64,000 nt of DNA from NCBI GenBank assembly GCA_029570205.1, contig JAKQSI010000048.1, positions 20,857 to 84,856 of the forward strand. Direction: 5' to 3'. Source of the stretch: Candidatus Omnitrophota bacterium. Its GTDB lineage: Bacteria > Hinthialibacterota > Hinthialibacteria > Hinthialibacterales > JAKPRU01. Position numbers and translations under genes: made by a program. The notes beneath the pieces were generated by a model. That model made no database searches. It was not told where the DNA came from and saw nothing but the letters and a program-made list of their open reading frames with translations. Each line of letters starts with the position of its first letter. Position 1 is the first letter of the stretch. This document shows, piece by piece, positions 37,781-47,613 of this stretch.

Positions 37781-39288
37781 CCGGAAAAGTGGCATTGGTT
37801 GGAGCCGGTCCCGGCGATCCGGGGCTGATGACAATTCGAGGACGCGAATTGCTGTCCCAGTGCGATGTTGTAATCTACGATGCGCTGATTTCTGACTGTA
37901 TCCTGAATGTTACGCCGAAATCGGCCCGCCGCATTTATGTCGGCAAACGGGCCGGTCAACAGGCAAAACCACAGGAGGAAATCAATGAACTCATGATTCA
38001 AGAAGCCATGGCCGGCCGTTTTGTGATCCGTTTGAAGGGCGGCGACCCGTTCCTGTTCGGTCGTGGCGGTGAAGAAGCGCTGTACCTGGCCGAACATGGA
38101 ATTGCTTTCGAGGTTGTGCCCGGAGTGACCGCGCTGACTGCTGTCACGGCGTATGCGGGGATTCCGGTGACGGAACGGGACCTGAGTTCCTGCCTGATTG
38201 TGGTTACCGGCCACGAGGATCCCGCGAAGGGTGAATCCGCAGTGGATTGGTCGCGTATCGCCCAGACACCCGGAACCATCGTGCTGTTCATGGGTATCCA
38301 CAATCTTTCGGGGATTGTCCGCACTCTCATGGCTTCGGGCAGAGAGGCGTCTACTCCCACGGCGGTGATTCAGTATGGGACCCTGCCGGAGCAGCGCACG
38401 GTGGTCGGTACGCTGGGTGATATCACGGCACGGGTGGAAGAAGCCGGTGTGGAAGCGCCCGCGCTGGTGATAATCGGCGGGGTGGTCCGTCTTCGCGATC
38501 GCTTGAATTGGTTTGAGAGTCGCCCCCTGTTCGGCAAAACGATCGTGAACACGCGGCCCAGTGACCAGTCGGCGGAACTCTGCAAGGCGCTGTCCGATCT
38601 GGGGGCCTTGGTGATTTGTTTGCCGATGATTCGGATTGTCCCGCCGGAGGACCCGGAACCCCTGCGAAATGCTGTCAGGGGTCTCGACAGATACGACTGG
38701 ATTCTATTCACCAGCAGCAATGCGGTGGATGCCTTTTTCGAAGCGCTTTTCAAGGAAGGTGCGGATGCACGTCGCCTGGCGGGATGCCGCATTGCCACAG
38801 TGGGAACAAAAACGGAGGAAAGCCTGCGCGAGCGCGGAATTATCGCCGATCATACGCCGGAGCAATTCTGCTCGGATGCCCTGTTTCAGTCCCTTCATGA
38901 GCGTGAGAGCCTGGCGGGCCGACGGGTACTCTGTCCCTGTTCGAGCATTGCACCGAGCCATCTGGAGAACCGGCTTCGCGCGGCGGGCGCGGTGGTAGAC
39001 CGTGTGGATGCTTACGCCGTTGTTCCGGAGAATCCCGAAATGCCTGCCTGGGAACGGATGCCGGATGCGTTCTTATTTGCCAGCCCCTCCGCGGTGACCC
39101 ATTTCGCAGACTGGGCGGGGAAAGATCGCCTGGACAAGTTCATGGGACACTCGATTTTTGTTTCCATCGGTCCGGCCACCAGCAAGCGCATGAACGCCCT
39201 CGGTATCCCTGTTCAAATCCAGGCGGAGGATCACAACGCAGAGGGATTGGTCAAGGCGCTGGTGAGGTATTTTGGGAACTCCTTGTGA
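37741..39288 (+). CDS. cobA-hemD: fused uroporphyrinogen-III C-methyltransferase / uroporphyrinogen-III synthase
   Basis: N-terminal SUMT domain ('VALVGAGPGDPGLMTIRG', 'GGDPFLFGRGGEE'). C-terminal HemD-like domain from about residue 265. 515 aa. Confidence 0.8.
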   Translation: MANTLHSFRGTILTGKVALVGAGPGDPGLMTIRGRELLSQCDVVIYDALISDCILNVTPKSARRIYVGKRAGQQAKPQEEINELMIQEAMAGRFVIRLKGGDPFLFGRGGEEALYLAEHGIAFEVVPGVTALTAVTAYAGIPVTERDLSSCLIVVTGHEDPAKGESAVDWSRIAQTPGTIVLFMGIHNLSGIVRTLMASGREASTPTAVIQYGTLPEQRTVVGTLGDITARVEEAGVEAPALVIIGGVVRLRDRLNWFESRPLFGKTIVNTRPSDQSAELCKALSDLGALVICLPMIRIVPPEDPEPLRNAVRGLDRYDWILFTSSNAVDAFFEALFKEGADARRLAGCRIATVGTKTEESLRERGIIADHTPEQFCSDALFQSLHERESLAGRRVLCPCSSIAPSHLENRLRAAGAVVDRVDAYAVVPENPEMPAWERMPDAFLFASPSAVTHFADWAGKDRLDKFMGHSIFVSIGPATSKRMNALGIPVQIQAEDHNAEGLVKALVRYFGNSL

Positions 39289-39485
39289 GGGTAAGATATT
39301 TCACACCGAGAACAGGAGCAAGAGAATGATTCAAGCCTGCCTGGATGCCGCGGTGAATTGTCGGCACAGCCGCATTTGGGACCGCAGGGCCAGGCTGGTG
39401 TGCCCGCCCTCTTTTCTTCTCCCGATTCCGGCTCGTGCTGAAACGACGGCAACGAAGCTTCACTTTTCTCTCCCGATGTTTTGTC

Positions 39486-41012
39486 TTATGGCACAAACCT
39501 CAAGGAATAAAGATCGGCGTCTTTAAGATATACTTTCATGCGCACTGTCTGCCCGGAAAGATGCGACACATCAGGACCGCCTTTCCATGCGACAGTTCCT
39601 TCAATCGTGTCACCGAACAACGGGACACAATCGTCCATGGCGTAACCCGCAATCGGCTGCCCCTCCTGATTCTGCAATTCCACCTGCATCATCCCCGCGG
39701 CGGATGCAGAATAGTTCATCACCAGCCGATTCCCCTTGAAACGGAACGGTTTTGTCGTCATGAGTCCGCCGGAATAAGGGCCGTTTACCGAGACAAAGCC
39801 ATCCGTTCGCAATGTGCAGCGCAAGAGGTGATGGGAGGGCTGCGCATAATGTTGGGAATAATAGATGGACATTTCGGTTTCCCCGGTGGGGACGACGCCT
39901 TGGGCGGCCATATTGGTACGTGACACCCAGTTGCCCGGATCGGGGCCGGGGCGGAAAAACCCTTCCATGAACCTTGTGTAGCAGGAACTGTTGCCGCGAA
40001 TGCTCATGAATACCCCATCGGCGGCGTCCGAACCGTATTTGGCATGGACCCCGGTGGCTCCTGCCTGGTTCTCATTCAGGACCCGGCGTTCCGGCATGAA
40101 CCGCATGGGAAACGCAATATAAATATGCGGAGCATGGAAATATGGATGGGTTTGATTTGTATAGAGATGCTCGGCAGGAGTCGTGGTATTCACGATATCG
40201 CCATTCGGGAGGCGGATGGTGTATTCGTTCGCATGAGCGAATGGGACTCGATACGACAGCGGCTGCGCATCGGACCATTGAATAAAATCATCCGAGGTCG
40301 CCCGGCGGATGGAACGAACACCGTCCACGAATTTCCGGAAGTAGCAAACATAGCAACCCTCCGTTTCGCTCCAGAAAGGGACATTCTGTGAATCGAATTC
40401 GCCGTGTCGGTCATGGGTAAGCACAGGCTTCTCGTGCCATTTCTTCCAATGAATCCCATCGGCTGAATCGAAGGCGGCCAGTCCTCCATCCACAGACCCC
40501 AGCGCTTTGTATTTTTGCTCCTTTGGCACATCCGGATGCGTATCGAGGAACGGCGCGAAATTGTGCGTTCCCTCGCCGCGAAGTATGACATTGTTCTCTC
40601 GTGTACCGTTGATTTCATAAAGTCCCAGGTTGGGGCGCTCCCAGTGGATACCGTCGGAGCTTTCCGCCATACAGGTCACTTCCGCATCCGCCCGGTCAAC
40701 ATCGGGAAGGCCCCGGTAATACATCCGGTAGCGGTCACCGTCCTGGAACACCGTAAAATAGCCGCAAAACAGTCCTTCCCAGGGTCGGTCGAGCGAAAGA
40801 GCAATGTTTGCCGGTTGAGGCGAGTGCAGTTTCAACTCCGCGCCATCGAGCGTTTCAATCAGGAAATCATCCACAAACAGTTCTCTGCGGGAGCCAAGGT
40901 CGAGGCTATCTCCAAATGCCGGAACAAAGTCCAAGAGCAGCACGAACAAAAGAAAATATGACCGAATCATGATGGCTCCTTTCAGATGACGGGTTTTTTT
41001 CAATCTCCTCAC
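39486..41012 (-). CDS. secreted beta-propeller glycoside-hydrolase-like protein (GH32/43/130-clan-like; family unresolved)
   Basis: Signal peptide MIRSYFLLFVLLLDFVPAFG. 'RRELFVDDFLIE' N-terminal motif. Recurrent 'DGIHW' blades. Confidence 0.3.
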   Translation of the reverse strand: MRRLKKTRHLKGAIMIRSYFLLFVLLLDFVPAFGDSLDLGSRRELFVDDFLIETLDGAELKLHSPQPANIALSLDRPWEGLFCGYFTVFQDGDRYRMYYRGLPDVDRADAEVTCMAESSDGIHWERPNLGLYEINGTRENNVILRGEGTHNFAPFLDTHPDVPKEQKYKALGSVDGGLAAFDSADGIHWKKWHEKPVLTHDRHGEFDSQNVPFWSETEGCYVCYFRKFVDGVRSIRRATSDDFIQWSDAQPLSYRVPFAHANEYTIRLPNGDIVNTTTPAEHLYTNQTHPYFHAPHIYIAFPMRFMPERRVLNENQAGATGVHAKYGSDAADGVFMSIRGNSSCYTRFMEGFFRPGPDPGNWVSRTNMAAQGVVPTGETEMSIYYSQHYAQPSHHLLRCTLRTDGFVSVNGPYSGGLMTTKPFRFKGNRLVMNYSASAAGMMQVELQNQEGQPIAGYAMDDCVPLFGDTIEGTVAWKGGPDVSHLSGQTVRMKVYLKDADLYSLRFVP

Positions 41013-42482
41013 TCAGTCCGAGAAACTTCCTGTTTCCACGGCACAAGGTAGCACGACACCGGCCAACGGGTAACAGAAATCCGTCGTCTTCCCTTTCGAA
41101 TGACCTGGATTCCGGCTTTCGCCGGAATGACGCCGGGGGAGAGCGGGCGTCCCGCCTTCAGGTTGATCTTCCTGACGCAAATGCTTTCTAATTCCAAGAA
41201 TACCCCACAACCCGGCATAGACACTCCAGAACAGAAAAACCGGTTCCAGCGGGACACGAAACCGGGCGCGGGCGAAGTAAATTAACACCGCCAGGATGTG
41301 AAAGAAAACTACAAGGTGCATCGCGCGGCTGTTTGGAATCTCTCGCCAAAACAATACCCCACCGCAAATCGACAGGATCAGAAACAGCCAATTCCAATCT
41401 ACCGTTATTAGTCGCATACGCGGAAAAAGGGCAAATCGCAAATCATATCCCTGGTCTCCCATCGGCCAGACCGGAATTCCCGGCCTGAACAGATACACCA
41501 GCTTGCGCCATGTATCTACCAGCGTCTGGCCGGGATGATCGAGGATGTAGCCCAGACCCAGCCGAAAAAACAAACGGCTTTCCTCTACCTCATTCAAATC
41601 CGTCCGGGCGCGGATCGCCTCTTTTTCGCCGGTAGACCAATACGAATATCCGGCATGGTGACCGATATAAAAATTAACGCCGCCATTTGTAGAGATAGGA
41701 ACGAATGCGTGAAGGATCAGCGCATTGCGAATTGTCCACGGAACCATCGGAACACAAAACAGAAGAAAATGAAGACACCATCGCCCCATCCGCCATCTCC
41801 ATTGTCCCCCTTTCTTCCCGCCGGGGAGACACCGCGCATCCGCATAGAAAAGGGCCGGGAGATAGAATACCGCTGCGGGACGAATGAGCGCGAGAATGCC
41901 CAAAAGAAAAGCGGACCATGAACAAAAAGCAGGACGGTGTGAACATCCGCAAAGGAAGAGAAGAAAAAGCAGCAGCAAAAATGTAAAAAGAGTCTCGGTA
42001 AGAACAATCCCTGCAAGGAAAATATGACTTTCATAAATCGCGAGCAGTAGCCCGCTGAGAACCGGAACTCCCCTCCGTATAAGTAGTCGTTGTTCCTTCT
42101 GCAACAGAACGGCCCCAAGCAGATAAAGAAGAACACAAGACCCGGCCGACAACACCCCCTGCACAACGCGCACAACCGTCCAGTTCCTTCCCACAGTCCA
42201 ATAAATCGCAGCAAGAAACAACGGGTATCCGGGGGGTCGGTAAGCCAGGTACTCGGGCGACATGGCGAGACCGTGCCCTCTCAGGAAATTGACCGCCGCA
42301 CGGTCGTAATCTTCCATGTCTGAAAACAACGGTGGATGCGGAGCAAACGCAACAAAAAGTCGCGGAAGGAGGGCCACAAGGAAGAGGCCGGCGGCTGTCC
42401 GGAAATGTTGGCTTTTCATAACCAGGTGGAAATACAGCCTCTTAATCGCCTCCTTCAAACCGGGGCGGCGGTATCGGAACAA
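41013..42482 (-). CDS. GT-C membrane glycosyltransferase, family 39/83 (ArnT/PMT-like)
   Basis: More than 10 predicted TM helices. 'FSDMEDYDRAAVNFLRGHG' DE-containing first periplasmic loop, typical of ArnT/PMT. Confidence 0.55.
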   Translation of the reverse strand: MFRYRRPGLKEAIKRLYFHLVMKSQHFRTAAGLFLVALLPRLFVAFAPHPPLFSDMEDYDRAAVNFLRGHGLAMSPEYLAYRPPGYPLFLAAIYWTVGRNWTVVRVVQGVLSAGSCVLLYLLGAVLLQKEQRLLIRRGVPVLSGLLLAIYESHIFLAGIVLTETLFTFLLLLFLLFLCGCSHRPAFCSWSAFLLGILALIRPAAVFYLPALFYADARCLPGGKKGGQWRWRMGRWCLHFLLFCVPMVPWTIRNALILHAFVPISTNGGVNFYIGHHAGYSYWSTGEKEAIRARTDLNEVEESRLFFRLGLGYILDHPGQTLVDTWRKLVYLFRPGIPVWPMGDQGYDLRFALFPRMRLITVDWNWLFLILSICGGVLFWREIPNSRAMHLVVFFHILAVLIYFARARFRVPLEPVFLFWSVYAGLWGILGIRKHLRQEDQPEGGTPALPRRHSGESRNPGHSKGKTTDFCYPLAGVVLPCAVETGSFSD

Positions 42483-42485
42483 GCC

Positions 42486-42640
42486 ATTGCAACCTTTGGA
42501 TCAGACCGGGTACGTGTTTTCTCGCAATACGGTAAATCTGTCTGTAGTCCAGTTTATCATACTCATGGCTTACAACATTCCGCAATCCGATGATGTCTTT
42601 CCCAGGCCGCGCCTTCCTCACAGACTACCAATACATCCAC
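42486..42640 (-). pseudogene. HepT (DUF86) toxin C-terminal fragment, out of frame with the MNT remnant
   Basis: The +1 frame encodes ...GLRNVVSHEYDKLDYRQIYRIARKHVPGLIQRLQWL, containing the HepT R-x4-H-x-Y catalytic motif. Stops lie upstream in this frame, so only ~50 codons are open. Confidence 0.45.
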
Positions 42641-42799
42641 ATCGCTGTCCGGGCGAAACGCATCGGTCAAAACCGAACCGAAAAGAGAGAACTCCTTTAT
42701 CCGCCACTTACGGCAGAACTCTTCGATGCGACCAAATGGAATATCTACACGAGCGCCACCCACGGCTTGATCTCCGGATTGACGATTGTTTTTTCGCAT
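42563..42799 (-). pseudogene. truncated MNT (minimal nucleotidyltransferase) antitoxin remnant
   Basis: 'LFGSVLTDAFRPDSDVDVLVV' GS...DxD nucleotidyltransferase core is intact. The protein stops about 20 residues short of typical MNT length. Confidence 0.5.
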
Positions 42800-42917
42800 C
42801 TCACTTTCCGTACTACACGAGAAGAGTTACAGGGATAGACAACCTGTTTCGGAATCCTCGGGGGCGATCCATACCGAACGAATCGCCCCCGATCATGATC
42901 TCTTACTTCCTGGAAAT

Positions 42918-44732
42918 CTACTCTTCCCAACCGGTCTTAGTCGGCTCGATGTAGATTTCTTCCGGGACCTGCATTTCCGGACTGATCGGTTCCTCCAGAT
43001 GAACATGGAGCGGTTTCGGCAAGACTTCGCTTAAGTTCTCTACATCCTGAAACGGGCTGCTGTCGTCGGTTAACTCGAACGGCAGGTACGCCCACTGTTC
43101 AAGAAACACCGAACCTTCCGGGATCTTGATCAGATGCTGCGGATTGTTGCTCCCATACGGATAGACAAGGGCGCGTGTCCAATACAGCCACGGTCCGACC
43201 GTGATATATAAATATGGGTTCAGCGTTCTCAGTTTTGCCGTCAGGCCGCTGTTCAGATATTCCATTTGAATCCCCGCGTAGCCGCAATCCTTTGCGCGAT
43301 CGAAAAACGCTATCCAGGGGGTATCATCCGGCATGATCCACTCGGTCAGGTCGGGGTAATCGACAATGCGTCGGGTTTCCGCTTTCCCCTGCCGGGCATC
43401 CCACCAGGCTGCCTCATCGAAACATTCCCGCGCAAACACCACTTCCGAATTCCGGATTACCTGTACCGTTACATTATTTCGGACATGGACCGTGGAACGG
43501 AATGTGAAATATGGCAATCCGTCATAAAATTTGTAGACAATCGAGCACATCAATTCAGGCATCAGCGGCATTTCTCCCCACTGCCGAATAATCAACGCTA
43601 CAGGTCCCCGGACTTCCTCTCGTTCGTAGTCATACTTGCCCGGTTCCCAGTCCGAGATATGCACCCAGGCGCGCGGCGGGGCATACGCGCCGGGGTTCCA
43701 TTGAATCGCCCCGTTCGTCTCTTTTTTATGCACAAACTTGTATTCGGGTTTCGACTTGATAATCAGTTCATCAAGCATCCCGTTCATCTTGTGCATTTTC
43801 AGGTGGTAGAAATCATTCTCAATTACTATACCGGGCGAATTACCGGACACTTTCAGTGTGCTGGGGTAGCTGGGCGCTTTCGCATCGGGATTGTTATAGA
43901 ACACCAGGTACACACCGGAGGATTTCGCCTCCGCCGAGGCCATGAACAGAACGGTTGCGCAACGGGTGGGAACCATCATCTTCGGCAGAAGTTCTCCCTT
44001 GGCGTTGTAAGCCGGGGGATCGGTCATATTCACTTCATGAAAGTCGATCACCTGGCTGGGGATTTCCTGATGCGTGCGGGCTTGACAATCGTATTGAACC
44101 ACGCGGATTTCCCGCGCCGGATCCCGAATGGTATCGGGGTACATCAACATCGTGAGTTCGACCGGCTCGCGGGTACGTCGAATCCCCTCCGACTCGGTCA
44201 CTACGGCGCTTTGGTAATTTTTCCAGGCCGGGTCCCAGTAGCCGCCGTTTGCCGGAGCAGCGGCGGTTGCTTTTCCCTGGTAAAGGTTCTTTGGATTGTC
44301 TCCCAATTGCAGCGTAATCTCCACCTCGTAGCTCTTACCGTTTTCCCAGTCCATCCGCCCATAAAGCGTCGGATTTGAGTACACTTTTTTGACGTGCGGG
44401 TCCTTTACCCGGTAGGCCAGAGCCATACGCCGCCATTCCTTGGGGCGGTTCGGATCCGGCGTTTCCCCTTCATCCACAAGGAAATAGTTCCGTTCCGGTT
44501 CCGAGTTAATTTTGATTTCCTTAACGGAAATCGTATCGGGCTTCGGAAGATTCAATTTCGCCGTGTAATGATAATAGGGTACGGCTACAGTGGGTGTATG
44601 AATCTCGAGATCGGTGATGTTCAGCGACTCGGCCGCCCGGACTGTTCCCGAACCGAAAACGATCAGGCCGATACAGATTCCCCAAACGCCGATGATCGAG
44701 AATCCGGTTCGCATGGTATTTCTTTTTCTCAT
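42918..44732 (-). CDS. secreted hypothetical protein (604 aa), no recognisable family
   Basis: Signal peptide (MRTGFSIIGVWGICIGLIVFGSGTVRA). Beta-rich composition. Confidence 0.4.
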   Translation of the reverse strand: MRKRNTMRTGFSIIGVWGICIGLIVFGSGTVRAAESLNITDLEIHTPTVAVPYYHYTAKLNLPKPDTISVKEIKINSEPERNYFLVDEGETPDPNRPKEWRRMALAYRVKDPHVKKVYSNPTLYGRMDWENGKSYEVEITLQLGDNPKNLYQGKATAAAPANGGYWDPAWKNYQSAVVTESEGIRRTREPVELTMLMYPDTIRDPAREIRVVQYDCQARTHQEIPSQVIDFHEVNMTDPPAYNAKGELLPKMMVPTRCATVLFMASAEAKSSGVYLVFYNNPDAKAPSYPSTLKVSGNSPGIVIENDFYHLKMHKMNGMLDELIIKSKPEYKFVHKKETNGAIQWNPGAYAPPRAWVHISDWEPGKYDYEREEVRGPVALIIRQWGEMPLMPELMCSIVYKFYDGLPYFTFRSTVHVRNNVTVQVIRNSEVVFARECFDEAAWWDARQGKAETRRIVDYPDLTEWIMPDDTPWIAFFDRAKDCGYAGIQMEYLNSGLTAKLRTLNPYLYITVGPWLYWTRALVYPYGSNNPQHLIKIPEGSVFLEQWAYLPFELTDDSSPFQDVENLSEVLPKPLHVHLEEPISPEMQVPEEIYIEPTKTGWEE

Positions 44733-44760
44733 GCTCTTTCCTCCTTATTTGCCTGTGTTG

Positions 44761-45798
44761 TTATTCGCCGATTATGACGGTTTTGCCGGTTTCGCGTGCT
44801 TTTCCGGCTGCCTCCCAGATTGCAATCGCGCTTTCCATAATCATGGGCGACACTCCCGGTCCTTTGCCCCGCACGTAATCATAGAAATGTTGCAGGGTAA
44901 TGATGGAGGAAGGCCGGGTGTGTTTATTCTCGTAGTGCGCGTAATAAGTGGCTCCCTCGCTGACCGTGTACAGTTCAAAAACCGTATTCGGTTTTCGGGG
45001 AGCGAGTTCTCCGATCACTCCATCGCTGAATGTAACAATCGCTTTCCACCCGGCATCCCCTTGCTCGCATCGGACAGAAACGGGTTTCCGTTCACCGGTC
45101 ATCATCAACATGTGTGAGATCGGGTGGATATCGCCCGCGATATTGGTGCCATCCCAGCCGGTGCTGGTAACTTTTGTCAATCCACGGTCGTCAATCTTCG
45201 ACTTCACCTGCAATCCCGGCTCGCTGAACAGAAGAAACGAGGCGGACATCAAGGGAACTTCTTTCTGTTGGGCCAGTTCAATCAATTGATGTGCCTGGCT
45301 CGCCGTCGCAGCAAGGAACTTATCCACAAACATCGGATGCCCCGCCTCCAGGCATTTGGAGACCAGCTCCAAATTGGCCTCGCCTTTGCCGCCGGTATTC
45401 ACCAATACGACACAGTTGCACTTTTCCAGAAGTTTCTCCAGCGTGTCGCACTTCGCGATTTTCTTCGGCTCTCGTGTGATAGAAAGAAACGCATCGGCTC
45501 CTTCCGGGCCGGCATGACAATAAACAGCGGAAATCTGCATAAATTTCCACTCCGGCCACGCGGGCGGCAACTCTTTCGAGAACAACAAATCATGCGCCAG
45601 ACCACTGAGGTATTCCTTGGATTTCTCTTCGGAAATAATAGACGGACCGAACATGAAACTGTGATCTTCTTTGGCCGTTGTGAGAATCACGCCGATGCGC
45701 ACATCCTCCAGCGGGGCGGTAATCCCGTGCGGGATGACCGTCATCACCAGCGACAGTCCGACAATGCTCTGCAAAACCCGAATGCGATAGCCTGTCAT
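44761..45798 (-). CDS. exported Gfo/Idh/MocA-like oxidoreductase-fold protein
   Basis: Signal peptide. 'VVLVNTGGKGEANLELVSKCLEAGHPMFVDKFLAAT' resembles the Gfo/Idh/MocA Rossmann + EKP-like segment. Confidence 0.3.
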   Translation of the reverse strand: MTGYRIRVLQSIVGLSLVMTVIPHGITAPLEDVRIGVILTTAKEDHSFMFGPSIISEEKSKEYLSGLAHDLLFSKELPPAWPEWKFMQISAVYCHAGPEGADAFLSITREPKKIAKCDTLEKLLEKCNCVVLVNTGGKGEANLELVSKCLEAGHPMFVDKFLAATASQAHQLIELAQQKEVPLMSASFLLFSEPGLQVKSKIDDRGLTKVTSTGWDGTNIAGDIHPISHMLMMTGERKPVSVRCEQGDAGWKAIVTFSDGVIGELAPRKPNTVFELYTVSEGATYYAHYENKHTRPSSIITLQHFYDYVRGKGPGVSPMIMESAIAIWEAAGKARETGKTVIIGE

Positions 45799-45979
45799 TG
45801 ATCTGTTCCTCCTCAGGTTTCGTTTCAGAAATTGAATTCGCTTTTTATTCTATTACGGTACGCTCTGTCCGTCCAGCGGGTCGTCTTTGCATGGGAAGAG
45901 CCATGCGGAGAGGGTGAATCCCCAACCTCCGGATATACGAAGGGGTTGAATCTAATTAACTTATCTCCCTACCGAATCC

Positions 45980-47284
45980 TCACTGATCTTCGGGAAAGGG
46001 GGTCTCCGTCACGAGTTCGCTTTCCTCCCTCTCGTTCGGCAAGAGATGGCCCACACACAGGAGATTGTCCCTCACGTAGCGACTCAAGGTTGAGGAAAGT
46101 TCCTCGGAAGTGATGGACTGAATCATGTCGGGATATCGAACCACACTCTCGATATCGCCCAGAATCCGGGAGGACCCATAGGTGTGACTGATGGAAGAAA
46201 CCGTCTCGTTCGAAAAAGCGTAATTGGCAAGCGCAATCTTCTTGCCGCGCTCGAGTTCCTTTTCATCGGGCGGGGTGGAGGACAGACGATGCAGCTCGTC
46301 CAGGGTGCGTTTTTCGACTTCCGGGAGATTCTTCTCATCAGTTGCCGCTTCGGTCACAAACAGTCCGGCTCTGACTTGAGACCAGCAGGAGGCGCTGATC
46401 GAGGAAACCAGCCCCAGTTCCTCTTTCAGCAGGGTATATAAGCGGGACGAGCGGCCCTCTCCGAGCAGAATCGACGCAAGGTCCAGGATCGCCTCATCGC
46501 GGGTTCCAGCAATTCGCGGGGTGGGATACCCCAAAAGAAGATAGCTCTGGTTGACGGGCATGTGCAGATCGAACGTTTGGGGCGAGTCGATCATCTCGAA
46601 AGCGCCGTTTGTCACACCACAATTGGAGGGAGACATTCCCTCCAGGAGATGTTCCAGCCGGTCCCGGACCTCGTTGCGGTCCATGTCGCCCACAGTCACC
46701 ACCGTGATATTCTCCGGGGTGTATTTCGTGCGCAGAAACTCCAGGAAAACCTCCCGGTCAATTCCGGCCAGACTCTCGAATGTGCCCAGGATATTCCGGC
46801 TGTATGGGCATCGAGCATAGGCTGTTTCGTCGAATTTCTCGCAGAACCTGGACCAGGGCGTATCTTCGTGGCGCTTGATCTCCTCGTAGATTACCTGTCG
46901 CTCGCTTTCGATCTCGTGGGGATCGAACAAGGGAAACCGCAAGGCATCGATCAACACTTCCATGGCCCGCTGCCCGCCGCTAGAGGGCACCACAACATAA
47001 TAATGTGTGTAATCCCAGGCGGTGGCGGCGTTGTTGTATCCGCCGAGACCCTTGATCGCACGATCCATCTCGCCGACTCCCAGGTTTTTGGTTCCTTTGA
47101 AAAACATGTGCTCGTAGAAATGGGACAGCCCGAGATATTCTTCGGGTTCTTCCGCCGCCCCCACGGAAACCCAGACATCAATGGCGACAATGGGCACAGA
47201 GGAGACCTCTTTTGAGATGAACGTCGCCCCGCAAGAGAGGATATCCTGACGGTATGGCAGTAATGGATTTGTGAATAAGGACAT
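45980..47284 (-). CDS. M16 family zinc peptidase (insulinase/pitrilysin-like)
   Basis: Inverted zincin motif 'HFYEHMFFKG' (HxxEH). Start chosen at MSLFT, which leaves a 38-nt gap to the upstream gene. Confidence 0.7.
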   Translation of the reverse strand: MSLFTNPLLPYRQDILSCGATFISKEVSSVPIVAIDVWVSVGAAEEPEEYLGLSHFYEHMFFKGTKNLGVGEMDRAIKGLGGYNNAATAWDYTHYYVVVPSSGGQRAMEVLIDALRFPLFDPHEIESERQVIYEEIKRHEDTPWSRFCEKFDETAYARCPYSRNILGTFESLAGIDREVFLEFLRTKYTPENITVVTVGDMDRNEVRDRLEHLLEGMSPSNCGVTNGAFEMIDSPQTFDLHMPVNQSYLLLGYPTPRIAGTRDEAILDLASILLGEGRSSRLYTLLKEELGLVSSISASCWSQVRAGLFVTEAATDEKNLPEVEKRTLDELHRLSSTPPDEKELERGKKIALANYAFSNETVSSISHTYGSSRILGDIESVVRYPDMIQSITSEELSSTLSRYVRDNLLCVGHLLPNEREESELVTETPFPEDQ

Positions 47285-47321
47285 GCTTCGATTCAATTCC
47301 TGCAGGAAGATTTGGGAGAAA

Positions 47322-47609
47322 TCAAACAGGAATCCTGGAGCGCGATTCCCGTTTGATCGCCGATTTGCGGTTGCGTTCGACACAATCACGCAAATATAGA
47401 TTGATCAGTTGCTGATAGGGAATCCCTGTCTCTTCAGACATGCCCTTGAAATAATGGATGATATCCACTCCAAGACGCATGGTGACTTGCCTTTTGAGGC
47501 GGCTCGCATGGGGATCCTTGTTGCCCTTCATCGTGGAGAAATCATACTCTTTTCTCGTGGTTCGCATCTCGCATAGATTTTGCTCTCTTTTTAAGTTGAT
47601 TTTCCGCAT
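47322..47609 (-). CDS. BrnA-like (COG3514/DUF4415) RHH antitoxin
   Basis: 'RQVTMRLGVDIIHYFKGMSEETGIPYQQLINLYLRDCV' closely follows the BrnA pattern (vTlRLDxDVvxwFr...GrGYQTxINxvLRdyl). Locally low GC. Confidence 0.55.
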   Translation of the reverse strand: MRKINLKREQNLCEMRTTRKEYDFSTMKGNKDPHASRLKRQVTMRLGVDIIHYFKGMSEETGIPYQQLINLYLRDCVERNRKSAIKRESRSRIPV

Positions 47610-47613
47610 CGAC

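Noticed and set aside
43266-44378. 370-aa plus-strand ORF
   Set aside because: Antisense to the signal-peptide-bearing 604-aa secreted protein gene. Its His/Arg/Gly-rich composition is typical of a GC shadow.
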